Shown: in pieces, positions 12,610 to 21,423 of the stretch
How positions within the stretch are numbered: position 1 is the first letter of the stretch
Layout of the letters: every line of letters begins with the position of its first letter
Source of the DNA: Acidimicrobiales bacterium
GTDB lineage: Bacteria > Actinomycetota > Acidimicrobiia > Acidimicrobiales > Bin134
Reading direction: 5' to 3'
Assembly: GCA_965116535.1 (NCBI GenBank)
Contig: OZ220703.1
Span: 1,037,287-1,101,286, forward strand
DNA length: 64,000 bases
The notes under the pieces: generated by a model
What the model was told of the DNA's origin: nothing
The model's database searches: none
Seen by the model: the letters and a program-made list of their open reading frames with translations, nothing else
Position numbers and translations under genes: made by a program

Positions 12610-13788
12610 ATGAGCGAGACGGTGATTTTGGCCGGGGCCCGCACACCTATCGGGAAGATGTCTGGAGGGCTGGCGTCGTTTCGGGGCACTGAGCTGGGGG
12701 CATTGGCCATTCAGGCAGCGTTGAACCGAGCGGGCGTGGCCCCAGAGCAGGTGGACTACGTGTTCATGGGCCAAGTGCTGTTGGCCGGGGAAGGTCAGGC
12801 CACTGCTCGACAGGCCGCGGTGAGGGCGGGTATCCCCATGACGGTGCCGGCCACCACGGTGAACAAGGTTTGCTTGTCGGGTATCAACACCGTCTATCTG
12901 GCCCACCAGATGATCTCTGCCGGCGATGCCGAGATTGTGGTGGCCGGGGGCATGGAGTCGATGACCAAGGCGCCCTATCTGTTGACCAAGGCCAGGGAGG
13001 GGTATCGCTTGGGCGACGGCGATCTAGTGGACTCCATGATGTACGACGGTTTGTTCTGCGCATTCGACCGCTGTGCCATGGGAGCGGGCACGGAGAAGTA
13101 CGCGGCGTCGAGCGAGATACCCCGCGAGCCTCAAGATGCACTGTCGGCCCAGTCGCATGGACGGGCCGCAGCCGCCGCGGCTGCCGGGCTGTTCGATGAC
13201 GAGATGGTGCCGGTTGAGGTGCCCCAGCGCCGGGGCGATCCGGTTACGGTGTCAGCCGACGAGGGGGTGCGCTCCGATGCCACTGCCGAGTCGCTGGGCC
13301 GGCTGCGTCCGGCGTTCGCTGAGGCGGGCAACATCACCGCGGGCAATGCATCGCAGATCTCCGACGGAGCCAGCGCGCTGGTGGTGGCCAGCCGGGAGCG
13401 GGCTGAACAGCTCGGCGTGGCGCCGCTGGGGTCGTATGTGGGTTACGGACAGGTAGCCGGACCTGATCCTTCGCTGCTCACCCAGCCGTCGAGGGCCATC
13501 CTTCAGGCGCTCAAGTCGGCCGACCTGAGCCTGGGCGCTGTGGATCTGTTTGAGATCAACGAGGCATTTGCCGCGGTCGCGCTGGCATCGATGGCCGACT
13601 TGGGGATTTCCGACAACGTGGTGAACGTGAACGGCGGAGCCATTGCCTTGGGTCATCCCATTGGGGCCAGCGGAAATCGCATTGTGCTCACGCTGTTGCA
13701 TGAGCTGCGCCGGCGGGGAGGCGGTGTGGGGGCTGCCGCGCTGTGCGGCGGCGGAGGCCAGGGGGATGCGCTGCTGATTCGGGTTTAA
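12610..13788 (+). CDS. Acetyl-CoA C-acetyltransferase (thiolase II)
   Basis: MSETVILAGARTPIGK, VNKVCLSG (active-site Cys), NVNGGAIALGHPIGASG, and CGGGGQG at the C-terminus. Confidence 0.9.
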   Translation: MSETVILAGARTPIGKMSGGLASFRGTELGALAIQAALNRAGVAPEQVDYVFMGQVLLAGEGQATARQAAVRAGIPMTVPATTVNKVCLSGINTVYLAHQMISAGDAEIVVAGGMESMTKAPYLLTKAREGYRLGDGDLVDSMMYDGLFCAFDRCAMGAGTEKYAASSEIPREPQDALSAQSHGRAAAAAAAGLFDDEMVPVEVPQRRGDPVTVSADEGVRSDATAESLGRLRPAFAEAGNITAGNASQISDGASALVVASRERAEQLGVAPLGSYVGYGQVAGPDPSLLTQPSRAILQALKSADLSLGAVDLFEINEAFAAVALASMADLGISDNVVNVNGGAIALGHPIGASGNRIVLTLLHELRRRGGGVGAAALCGGGGQGDALLIRV

Positions 13789-13933
13789 TTGTTACGAATC
13801 ATCTATGACTTGACTTCATATCGTCATCTTCGTAATATAAATGAAACAAACAAGCGCCGCCTCAAGCGTGTCGGTTCCATTGCCCCCCGCCCGACCCGCT
13901 GAGGCGGTGTCTTGTTTGTGGGGATTGCCAGCG

Positions 13934-14545
13934 TCAGTTGGCGGTGATTCGCTGGCGACCTTCCAGCGCCCGGCTGAGGGTGAGCTCGTCGGCATACTCC
14001 AGATCGCCTCCCACCGGAAGGCCGCTGGCAATGCGAGTGACAGCCACACCCAGCGGCTCGATTAGCCGGGCCAGATACATGGCGGTGGCCTCCCCCTCGA
14101 TATTGGGGTTCGTGCAACAAATGACCTCGGCGACATTCTCATCATCGATGCGGGCCAGCAGTTCTTTGACTCGGAGCTGGTCGGGGCCGATGCCTTCGAT
14201 GGGGTTGATGGCTCCGCCAAGCACGTGGTAGCGGCCTCGAAACTCCCGGGTCTTCTCCAAAGCCACGATGTCGCGGGGTTCCTCCACTACGCACAAGGTG
14301 GCTGGGTCGCGCCGGGGATCGGCGCACAGCTCGCATTCGGTGTGCTCGCTGATATTGAAGCATCGCTGGCAGAACTGGATTCTGGCTTTGGCCTCCTTGA
14401 TGGCGTCGGCCAGCCGCAGGGCGTCCTGCGCAGACAGCTTCAGGAGATGAAAGGCAATGCGCTGGGCCGATTTGGGACCAATGCCCGGTAGGCGTCCCAG
14501 CTCATCGATCAATACCTGGACTGGAGCGGAGTAGACGCTGCTCAC
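13934..14545 (-). CDS. recR: Recombination protein RecR
   Basis: [24 protein letters not shown] helix-hairpin-helix, a C4 zinc finger ([16 protein letters not shown]) and a Toprim region. Confidence 0.92.
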   Translation of the reverse strand: MSSVYSAPVQVLIDELGRLPGIGPKSAQRIAFHLLKLSAQDALRLADAIKEAKARIQFCQRCFNISEHTECELCADPRRDPATLCVVEEPRDIVALEKTREFRGRYHVLGGAINPIEGIGPDQLRVKELLARIDDENVAEVICCTNPNIEGEATAMYLARLIEPLGVAVTRIASGLPVGGDLEYADELTLSRALEGRQRITAN

Positions 14546-14562
14546 GCTAGGCCTGGCTATCC

Positions 14563-16437
14563 CTATGGCCTGGAGCCCTGTTGGCCGGAGGCAGTGGGAG
14601 GATCGAAGGTGACCAGCTCGGAATCAGGAAAAGCGGCCATGAGATTGGAGATGGCCTCATCGGTGATGGCCTCCTCATCCATGAGCTCTTCGGGGTCGAC
14701 GGCCTCGGGTTCGTCGTGGGCGGGGCGTGCCGATGCCGGCTGAAGGTCGGGAGGTGGTGCTGTGCTGTCGTCATCGATGGCCAGACGCAGCGACACTGGT
14801 CGTCCGAAGTGCTCTCGAAGCGCGTCGTCTACCGCTTCGCGGACTTCCTCGCAGCGGTTCAGGTGGATTTGATCGGGCAGGGCAAACACCACGCTCCGGG
14901 CATCATTGGCGATGAAGCGGCCGGCTTGGAAGCGGATCCGGACCCGGTTCGGCAGGTTGGCCAGGATGGCGTCGGCCCAGGCGATAACCATCTCATCGCG
15001 ACTGGGCAGGGAGGCGTCGACGTCGTCGGTGTCGGTGATGGATTCGGCGGTTTCCGGGCTGCTTGGCGAGGATGCGGGAATTTTTCCAGCTCGCACCGCT
15101 CCCAGGGTCGGGCGGGGGGCCCGGTCTGATTCCAGGGCCGCGGCGGATTCAGAACTTTGAATGGCGGATGCCGTCGGCTGAGTTTCGGCATCTGCGGTCT
15201 GCTTGGCCTGGATCTGCGCGACGGCAGCTCGGGCCCGCTCGTGTCCGCTGGTCGGGCCTCCGGATGGTCTGGAGGGCGACGAAGTCGAGGGGGCGGCAGC
15301 CGGGTTGGTGATGTCGGGTGACCGAGCAGGTGCCGACGGACCGTGGCGCTCCAAGCGCTCGATGCGCTCCAGCAGCGCGCTGACGTCGGTATCCAGATCG
15401 CGACGGGTGAGCCGGGACAGGGCCACTTCCAAGTCCACCCGGGGGTCGGGGGCCTGGCGCATATCCACCAGAGCGGTTCCCAGTACCTCGAGGGCTCGGG
15501 TTAGCCCGGCTGGTGAGATTCGTTCGGCGGTGGCCTGGGCGTCGGCCTGCTGGGCATCGGTGAGATAGCTCAGATCGGCCCCCATCGCGCAAAGAAAGGC
15601 GTTGCGCAGACGGTCAAGCAGGGCTTCGCCGATGATCCTCGGCTCCCGTCCCGATCGCAGAGTCTCGTGTACCGCCACGAAAGCGGGCCCGTAGTCCTGG
15701 GTTCCCAAGGCCTCGACGATGGCGTCCACCGCTTCCAGCCGGTCGGCCACACCGCCAGCCGCCGCGATCTGGTCGAGGGCCGACAAGGTGTCCCGAGCCG
15801 ACCCGGCCCCCCGGTGCACGGCGTGGTCGATGGCGTCGTCATCCACCTCTAGTTCGGCTTGCTGAATCACCCAGCGGGCATGGTCGGCCAGCACGTCGCC
15901 ATCTATGAGGTTGAACTCCAAGTGCTGGGTGCGGCTGCGGATGGTGGGCACCACCTTGTGGGGCTCGGTGGTACACAGCACGAACACCACATGGTCGGGG
16001 GGCTCCTCCAGCGTCTTCAAAAGGGCGTTCTCGGCACCGGGAGTGAGCATGTGGACCTCGTCCAGCACGTACACCTTGGCCTTTCCGGGCGAACCCATGG
16101 CCACCCGGGAGATGAGGTCGCGGACATCGTCCACCTTGTTGTTGGAGGCGGCGTCGAGCTCGATCAGGTCGTAGGAGGTGTTGTTGGCGATATCGAGGCA
16201 AGACTGGCACTGGCCACAAGGCTCGCCGTCGCTGCCCAGGTCAGTGCAGTTGAGGGCTTTGGCCAGGATGCGGGCTGTGCTGGTCTTGCCGGTGCCCCGG
16301 GGTCCGCTGAACAGGTAGGCATGGCCGACCCGGTCCTGCTGGACCGCGTTCTGGAGGGCTCGGACGACGGGTTCTTGCCCGCGCAATTCGGCGAAACAAC
16401 CCGGTCGGTATCGTCGATAAAGTGCCTGCGGGGCCAT
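14563..16437 (-). CDS. dnaX: DNA polymerase III subunit gamma/tau
   Basis: The ATG at 16437 gives [22 protein letters not shown]... with GPRGTGKTS Walker A, the zinc module CGQCQSC, DEVHML, and a long low-complexity Pro/Ala/Ser C-terminal half. Confidence 0.9.
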   Translation of the reverse strand: MAPQALYRRYRPGCFAELRGQEPVVRALQNAVQQDRVGHAYLFSGPRGTGKTSTARILAKALNCTDLGSDGEPCGQCQSCLDIANNTSYDLIELDAASNNKVDDVRDLISRVAMGSPGKAKVYVLDEVHMLTPGAENALLKTLEEPPDHVVFVLCTTEPHKVVPTIRSRTQHLEFNLIDGDVLADHARWVIQQAELEVDDDAIDHAVHRGAGSARDTLSALDQIAAAGGVADRLEAVDAIVEALGTQDYGPAFVAVHETLRSGREPRIIGEALLDRLRNAFLCAMGADLSYLTDAQQADAQATAERISPAGLTRALEVLGTALVDMRQAPDPRVDLEVALSRLTRRDLDTDVSALLERIERLERHGPSAPARSPDITNPAAAPSTSSPSRPSGGPTSGHERARAAVAQIQAKQTADAETQPTASAIQSSESAAALESDRAPRPTLGAVRAGKIPASSPSSPETAESITDTDDVDASLPSRDEMVIAWADAILANLPNRVRIRFQAGRFIANDARSVVFALPDQIHLNRCEEVREAVDDALREHFGRPVSLRLAIDDDSTAPPPDLQPASARPAHDEPEAVDPEELMDEEAITDEAISNLMAAFPDSELVTFDPPTASGQQGSRP

Positions 16438-16507
16438 TGCGCCGACTTTACTCAGGCTGAGTGACAAGGAGGCTCAGACGGGCAGAATCAGTCGGGCAGA
16501 ACAAATC

Positions 16508-16612
16508 TGGCTGGGTGATCCCGGTCTCGAAAGTGATGGCCAGGCGGTCTGCGGCACACCCCAGGATCCGCTGAGAGCTGCTGCCTCCCGGCCCTGACTC
16601 GGTTCACGGGCT
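16508..16612 (-). ncRNA. ffs: Signal recognition particle RNA (small/4.5S type); ends approximate
   Basis: The reverse complement reads GAGUCAGGGCCGGGAGGCAGCAGCUCUCAGCGGAUCCUGGGGUGUGCCGCAGACCGCCUGGC. This aligns by eye with E. coli 4.5S domain IV (GGUCAGGUCCGGAAGGAAGCAGCC...GUGUGCCGGGAUGUAGCUGGC), including a GNRA tetraloop (GGGA). It occupies the classic position upstream of dnaX. Confidence 0.65.
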
Positions 16613-16730
16613 GGCGTTGCACAGGACCCGACCATCACATTCCAAACCGGGCCCACGGCCCAGATGGCAACAGGATAGCGGCAATCGGTTCAGGTCTGCC
16701 CGCCGAGCCGAGATAGATTTGACTGCTCCA

Positions 16731-16815
16731 GGAGGGGTGCGAGAGCGGCCGAATCGGCACGCTTGGAAAGCGTGTGTGGCGCAAGTCACCGTGGGTTCGA
16801 ATCCCACCCCCTCCG
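16731..16815 (+). tRNA. tRNA-Ser (anticodon GGA)
   Basis: GGAGGGG acceptor stem pairs with CCCCUCC. Anticodon loop CUUGGAAAG, long variable arm (class II), T-arm GUGGGUUCGAAUCCCAC. No encoded CCA. Confidence 0.9.
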
Positions 16816-16857
16816 CTTTTGGATCTGATGGAGGTGGCCGGCGTTGAGGCTGCTTCT

Positions 16858-16898
16858 ATCCTTGAAATTCTGTTATGTCATAGTGGACTTTCAAGGAT
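16858..16898. repeat. 10-bp inverted repeat ATCCTTGAAA-N21-TTTCAAGGAT upstream of the first ATPase gene
   Basis: Read directly at 16858-16867 and 16889-16898 in an AT-richer spacer, 12 nt before the ATG at 16910. Candidate operator or promoter element. Confidence 0.35.
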
Positions 16899-16909
16899 AA
16901 ACTGTCCGT

Positions 16910-18070
16910 ATGGCGTTGATTGATCGGCTCATTGACGTACAAAGGCTGCGCGACGCGATTTCGCACGCTCCGGTGACGTTGCTCACCGGTCCTCGGCAGG
17001 CGGGAAAATCCACGCTGGTGAGTCAGACTGTTGACTCATCTCCGGCGGCATTCTTCGACCTCGAAGACCCTCGTGACCTTGCCCGGCTTGCCGAGCCGAT
17101 GCTTGTTCTGCGCGACGCCGGCGAGACGATTGTCATTGACGAGGCTCAGCGGATGCCGGAGTTGTTCCCCGCGCTTCGTGTGCTTGTGGATGAGAATCGC
17201 AGGCCGGGCCGCTTCGTGGTGCTGGGCAGCGCGTCGCCCGATCTTGTCGGCCTCGGCTCAGAGTCCTTGGCGGGCAGGGTGACCTTCATGGAGTTGGGGG
17301 GTTTTCGGCTTGGCGATGTCGGCCCTAGCCGACTCGATGAGATGTGGTTGCGAGGAGGCTTGCCGGAGTCCTATGTGGCTGCCTCTGACGAGACGTCAAA
17401 CCGATGGCGCGACGACTACATCTCCACGTTCTTGGAGCGCGACTTGGCCGCTCTCGGGTTCCGCTTTCCGGCCACAACAATGCGGAGATTCTGGACGATG
17501 CTGGCCCACTATCACGGGCAGACTTGGAACGGCGCCCGAATCGCCCGGTCGATCGACGTCTCGGAGTCAACCGTAAGGCGCTATGTAGACGCGCTGAGCG
17601 ACGCGCTGGTAGTCCGCCAGTTGCCGCCTTGGTACGCCAACATTTCCAAGCGCCAGGTCAAGTCGCCTCGGATTTATATCCGTGATTCAGGGCTGCTGCA
17701 CCGCCTGCTGGGCATTGCCAGCATGTACGACCTCGAGCGCTCCCCAATGCTCGGCGCGAGCTGGGAGGGCATGGTGGTCGAGCAGATTCTGACCAGATTC
17801 ACACCTGCTAATCCGACCTACTGGTCTACCCACGGAGGTGCCAAGCTTGACCTTCGTATGGAGACCGACGGAAGGGTCCTCGGCTTCGAGATCAAGCGCA
17901 CCGCGCAGCCGACGGTCACTAAGTCGATGCACGTCGCCCTAGGCGACCTCGACCTTGACCACCTCTTCGTCGTTTACGCCGGCCCCCACCGATTCCCGCT
18001 CACCGACCGCATCTCCGCCATCGGCGCTACAGATCTCCTAACCGCACAGGACCCCTTCTCCAAGCTGTAG
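16910..18070 (+). CDS. AAA-type ATPase with C-terminal DUF4143-like / PD-(D/E)xK-like region
   Basis: Walker [13 protein letters not shown] and Walker B VIDEAQ. The C-terminal [20 protein letters not shown] has a D...ExK pattern. The architecture is that of the widespread AAA_14+DUF4143 ATP-binding proteins. Confidence 0.75.
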   Translation: MALIDRLIDVQRLRDAISHAPVTLLTGPRQAGKSTLVSQTVDSSPAAFFDLEDPRDLARLAEPMLVLRDAGETIVIDEAQRMPELFPALRVLVDENRRPGRFVVLGSASPDLVGLGSESLAGRVTFMELGGFRLGDVGPSRLDEMWLRGGLPESYVAASDETSNRWRDDYISTFLERDLAALGFRFPATTMRRFWTMLAHYHGQTWNGARIARSIDVSESTVRRYVDALSDALVVRQLPPWYANISKRQVKSPRIYIRDSGLLHRLLGIASMYDLERSPMLGASWEGMVVEQILTRFTPANPTYWSTHGGAKLDLRMETDGRVLGFEIKRTAQPTVTKSMHVALGDLDLDHLFVVYAGPHRFPLTDRISAIGATDLLTAQDPFSKL

Positions 18071-18128
18071 CGCCCGGCCGACAGTGGCGGTCTTCTTCGG
18101 GCCGGGTCAGCGCAGCGGGTGCGGCTGG

Positions 18129-19358
18129 CTAGGACCACAGGGTGCTGATGGGCAGGGCCCACAGGTGTTCACCGATCGGGAACGAGGCCGGGCCTGTGTG
18201 TAGCACCACTCCTGCGGTGAATCGTTCCCCGATTTGATCCCGCAGCCAGATCAGGTGCCGGGCGTCGTCTGTTGAAGGTGCAGCGGTGGCTTTGATCTCT
18301 ATTCCAATGATCTGCTGTGCATTGATCTCCGCCACCACATCGACCTCGTGGCGGCCGTGGTGCTGGCGGAGATGGAAGAGGCGACAGCGGTGCTCGCTGA
18401 CGGCTGCTTGGGCCCGAAGCTGCGCGACCGCGAATGTCTCCAGCAGTCTGCCGAGGACGTTGCCATCCTTCATCGCCGCTTGGGTGGTTACACCTGTTAC
18501 TGAGGCGAAAAGCGACGATTCAATGAGGAAACGCTTGGGACTGAGCGACAGGCGCTTGAGGCGGTTGGACGTCCACGCCGGCAACTCGTCGATGACATAG
18601 AGCCGACTGAGGAGCTCGCGATAGCCCAAGGCGGTGCGCCGGTCTATGCCCGCGGCGCCATAGAGCGTTGCGTCGTCCACGATCCCCGCTGAGTTGAGGG
18701 CATACGCCTCGAAGTAGCGGGCTAGCCGGGTGCGGTCAAAACCCCCGCCCACCAGTGCGGAGTCCCGGGTGACAATCTCCTCGACATAGGTGTCGAGCCA
18801 ACCCCGCCGGGCGCGGGCGCCGAGTGTCATCACCGCATAGGGGAACCCGCCCTGCACAGCCATGTCGAGGTAGTCCCGCAGATTCGAACCATCGCCAGGA
18901 GACGAGCCCATTTCGCCCCTCATAATTCGATCGACCAGGGGCTCCGCCGAACAGCCAAGCAATTCGCCAACAGTCATCGGAAACATGGAGACCCTCGTCA
19001 CGCGGCCAGTTGCAGGCCATGTCTCTGCTTCAATCTCCGCCCGGACCGACCCGGTCAGCAAGAACCTCCCTGGTCGGGGCTCAGCATCACAGGCCCGTTT
19101 CACCGCGCCGAGTACTTGGGGCACCTCCTGCCACTCGTCGAGCAAGATGGGCTCAGGCAGCCCCTCCAGGGCCGTATCCGGATCGGCGGCCACCGCCGCT
19201 GATTCCGCAGGTCGGTCAAGGTGGACCACGGTGCGACAATGGCGCGCTGCGGTGGTTGTCTTGCCCGATGCCCGCGGGCCGACTATCGACACGGCGGGGA
19301 GCTCGGCGAGATACTCGGCAACGAGCGGGTCAATTAGCCGCTTGCGATAAGTGCTCAC
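18129..19358 (-). CDS. AAA-type ATPase with C-terminal DUF4143-like / PD-(D/E)xK-like region (paralogue of 16910..18070)
   Basis: Walker A VGPRASGKTT, Walker B-like LLDEWQ, and C-terminal EVDVVAEINAQQIIGIEIKAT (D...ExK). Convergent with the first copy. Confidence 0.75.
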   Translation of the reverse strand: MSTYRKRLIDPLVAEYLAELPAVSIVGPRASGKTTTAARHCRTVVHLDRPAESAAVAADPDTALEGLPEPILLDEWQEVPQVLGAVKRACDAEPRPGRFLLTGSVRAEIEAETWPATGRVTRVSMFPMTVGELLGCSAEPLVDRIMRGEMGSSPGDGSNLRDYLDMAVQGGFPYAVMTLGARARRGWLDTYVEEIVTRDSALVGGGFDRTRLARYFEAYALNSAGIVDDATLYGAAGIDRRTALGYRELLSRLYVIDELPAWTSNRLKRLSLSPKRFLIESSLFASVTGVTTQAAMKDGNVLGRLLETFAVAQLRAQAAVSEHRCRLFHLRQHHGRHEVDVVAEINAQQIIGIEIKATAAPSTDDARHLIWLRDQIGERFTAGVVLHTGPASFPIGEHLWALPISTLWS

Positions 19359-19370
19359 CGCACCATACTA

Positions 19371-19409
19371 CCGATTTTCGACACCTGTAGATGCCGATTT
19401 TCGACACCT
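19371..19409. repeat. Perfect 16-bp direct repeat CCGATTTTCGACACCT x2 (period 23 bp) just upstream of the second ATPase gene
   Basis: Copies at 19371-19386 and 19394-19409. The first copy begins 13 nt upstream of the start codon at 19358. Confidence 0.4.
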
Positions 19410-19476
19410 AATGATGCTGATTCTTGACAACCCATCCGCTCATTTGCGCCTGAGTGAGTGCTTGAAGCGTCAGCGC

Positions 19477-21423
19477 TCAGGTGGCTTGGCCGGCGAATTG
19501 GGCTGCGTGGAGGTTGGCGTAGGGGCCGCCGCGGGCCAGTAGCTCGTCGTGGGAGCCCTGTTCGGCTATGTGTCCGCCGTCCATCACCACGATGGCATCC
19601 GCGCCGCGGATGGTGGACAGCCGGTGGGCGATCACGAAGCTGGTGCGGTCGGCCCGCAGGGCGTTCATGGCCTCTTGGATCAGCACCTCTGTGCGGGTGT
19701 CCACCGACGAGGTGGCCTCGTCGAGGATGAGGATGGCCGGGTCGGCGAGGAAGGCCCGGGCGATGGTGAGGAGCTGCTTTTGGCCGGCGGAGATGTTGTC
19801 GCCCTCGTCGTTGATCACGGTGTCGTAGCCCTCGGGCAGCGAGTGGACAAAGCGGTCCACGTAAGTGACTTGGGCGGCTTCGAGGATCTGGGCGTCGGTG
19901 GCTTCGGGGTTGCCGTAGCGGAGGTTCTCCCAGATGGTGTCGCCGAACAGCCAGGTGTCCTGGAGCACCATGCCGAACTTCGACCGCAGCTCGTGGCGGG
20001 GAATGGCGGTGATGTCGATGCCGTCGAGGGTGATCCGGCCGCCGTCGAGCTCGTAGAACCGCAACAGCAGGTTCACCAGCGTGGTCTTGCCGGCGCCGGT
20101 GGGGCCGACGATGGCCACCGTTTGGCCCGGCTCGGCGGTGAGGTCGAGCCCGGTTATTAGGGGCTTGTCGGGCTCATAGGAGAAGTGGACGTTGTCGAAT
20201 GCCACTCGTCCCCGGGTGGGTGGCGGGCGGGGTGCCGGGTCGGGATCGGCGCTGATCTCGTCGACGTCGAGCAGCTCCACCACCCGCTCCAGAGAGGCAA
20301 TGCCCGATTGGAAGGTGGCGGCCATCGAGGCCACCTGTTGGACGGGCATGGCGAATTGCCGGGTGTACTGGATCATGGCCTGCATGTCGCCGATGGTGAT
20401 GGCCCCGCTGGATATGCGCAGCCCGCCGACCACGGCCACCGACACGAACTGGAGATTGCCCATCAGCATCATCACCGGCTGCATGGCCGACGACAGGAAT
20501 TGGGCCGCGCGGCTGGAGTCGTAGAGCTTGGCGTTCTCTTCGGCGAACCGCTGGCGCTCCTGGTGCTGGCGCCCGAAGGCGGTGACTATGGCGTGTCCGC
20601 TGACGGCGTCCTCGGCTTGGGCGTTGAGCGTGCCGGTGGTTCGCCACTGCCGGAGGAACCGGGGGCGGGCCCGGGTGGCGAATATGCGGGTGGCGATCAC
20701 CGACAGCGGAACGGTCACGAAGGCCACCAGTGCCAACAGGGGAGAGACCGTGAGCATCATCACCGTCACCCCGATGAGGGTCAGCACGGCGGTGAGCATC
20801 TGGTTGATGGTCTGCTGGAGGCTTTGGGAGAGGTTGTCGATGTCGTTGGTCACCCGGCTGAGCAGATCGCCTCGGGCATGCTGGTCGACGTAGGAGAGGG
20901 GGAGGCGGTGGAGTTTGGCCTCGATGGTCTCCCGCAGTCGGAACATCGACCGCTGTAGGGCTCCGCTGAGCAGGTAGTTCTGAATGTGGCCCAGCGCCCA
21001 CGCCAGCCCGAACACCCCGCCGATGAGGAGAAGCCGATCCCTCAGCCGGTCGGTGTCGATGTCGCCTTGGCGGACGCCGGTCACGATGATGTCGGTGGCC
21101 CCGCCGAGGAGCCAGGGGCCGATCACCGTCAGGCTCACGCTCATCACCGCCAGCACCATGACCAAGATCAGAATCGGAGTCTCTCGCCCGGTGATCTTGG
21201 CCAGTTGGCGCACGGTGCCCCGGAAGTTGCGGCTGGATTCCGCTGGCATCGGCGCGCTCATTCGGCCGGAATAGCGCAGCGCCTCCCGTCCGTATTTCTG
21301 AAGAGCCTCTTGGTCTTCGTCTTCTTGACTGTCGTCGTCGGGAATGGCGTCCTCGGGGAGATCAGGGTCGCCGGGGTTGGCGTCCTCGGGGAGATCAGGG
21401 TCGCCGGGGTTGCGTTGGTTCAT
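19477..21423 (-). CDS. ABC transporter, fused permease/ATP-binding subunit (exporter type)
   Basis: Six-TM exporter domain followed by an NBD with GPTGAGKTT Walker A, the LSAGQKQ signature and ILILDEATS Walker B. Acidic N-terminal extension. Confidence 0.88.
   Translation of the reverse strand: MNQRNPGDPDLPEDANPGDPDLPEDAIPDDDSQEDEDQEALQKYGREALRYSGRMSAPMPAESSRNFRGTVRQLAKITGRETPILILVMVLAVMSVSLTVIGPWLLGGATDIIVTGVRQGDIDTDRLRDRLLLIGGVFGLAWALGHIQNYLLSGALQRSMFRLRETIEAKLHRLPLSYVDQHARGDLLSRVTNDIDNLSQSLQQTINQMLTAVLTLIGVTVMMLTVSPLLALVAFVTVPLSVIATRIFATRARPRFLRQWRTTGTLNAQAEDAVSGHAIVTAFGRQHQERQRFAEENAKLYDSSRAAQFLSSAMQPVMMLMGNLQFVSVAVVGGLRISSGAITIGDMQAMIQYTRQFAMPVQQVASMAATFQSGIASLERVVELLDVDEISADPDPAPRPPPTRGRVAFDNVHFSYEPDKPLITGLDLTAEPGQTVAIVGPTGAGKTTLVNLLLRFYELDGGRITLDGIDITAIPRHELRSKFGMVLQDTWLFGDTIWENLRYGNPEATDAQILEAAQVTYVDRFVHSLPEGYDTVINDEGDNISAGQKQLLTIARAFLADPAILILDEATSSVDTRTEVLIQEAMNALRADRTSFVIAHRLSTIRGADAIVVMDGGHIAEQGSHDELLARGGPYANLHAAQFAGQAT
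21346..21411. repeat. Perfect 33-bp tandem duplication inside the 5' end of the ABC transporter gene
   Basis: GGCGTCCTCGGGGAGATCAGGGTCGCCGGGGTT occurs at 21346-21378 and again at 21379-21411. It encodes NPGDPDLPEDA twice. Confidence 0.9.

Noticed and set aside
15076-15088. An A5 run (GGAAAAATT on the coding strand) in dnaX, considered as a possible programmed frameshift site for a gamma subunit.
   Set aside because: It is not the A AAA AAG-type slippery heptamer and I saw no obvious downstream hairpin. The position is also far into the C-terminal half.
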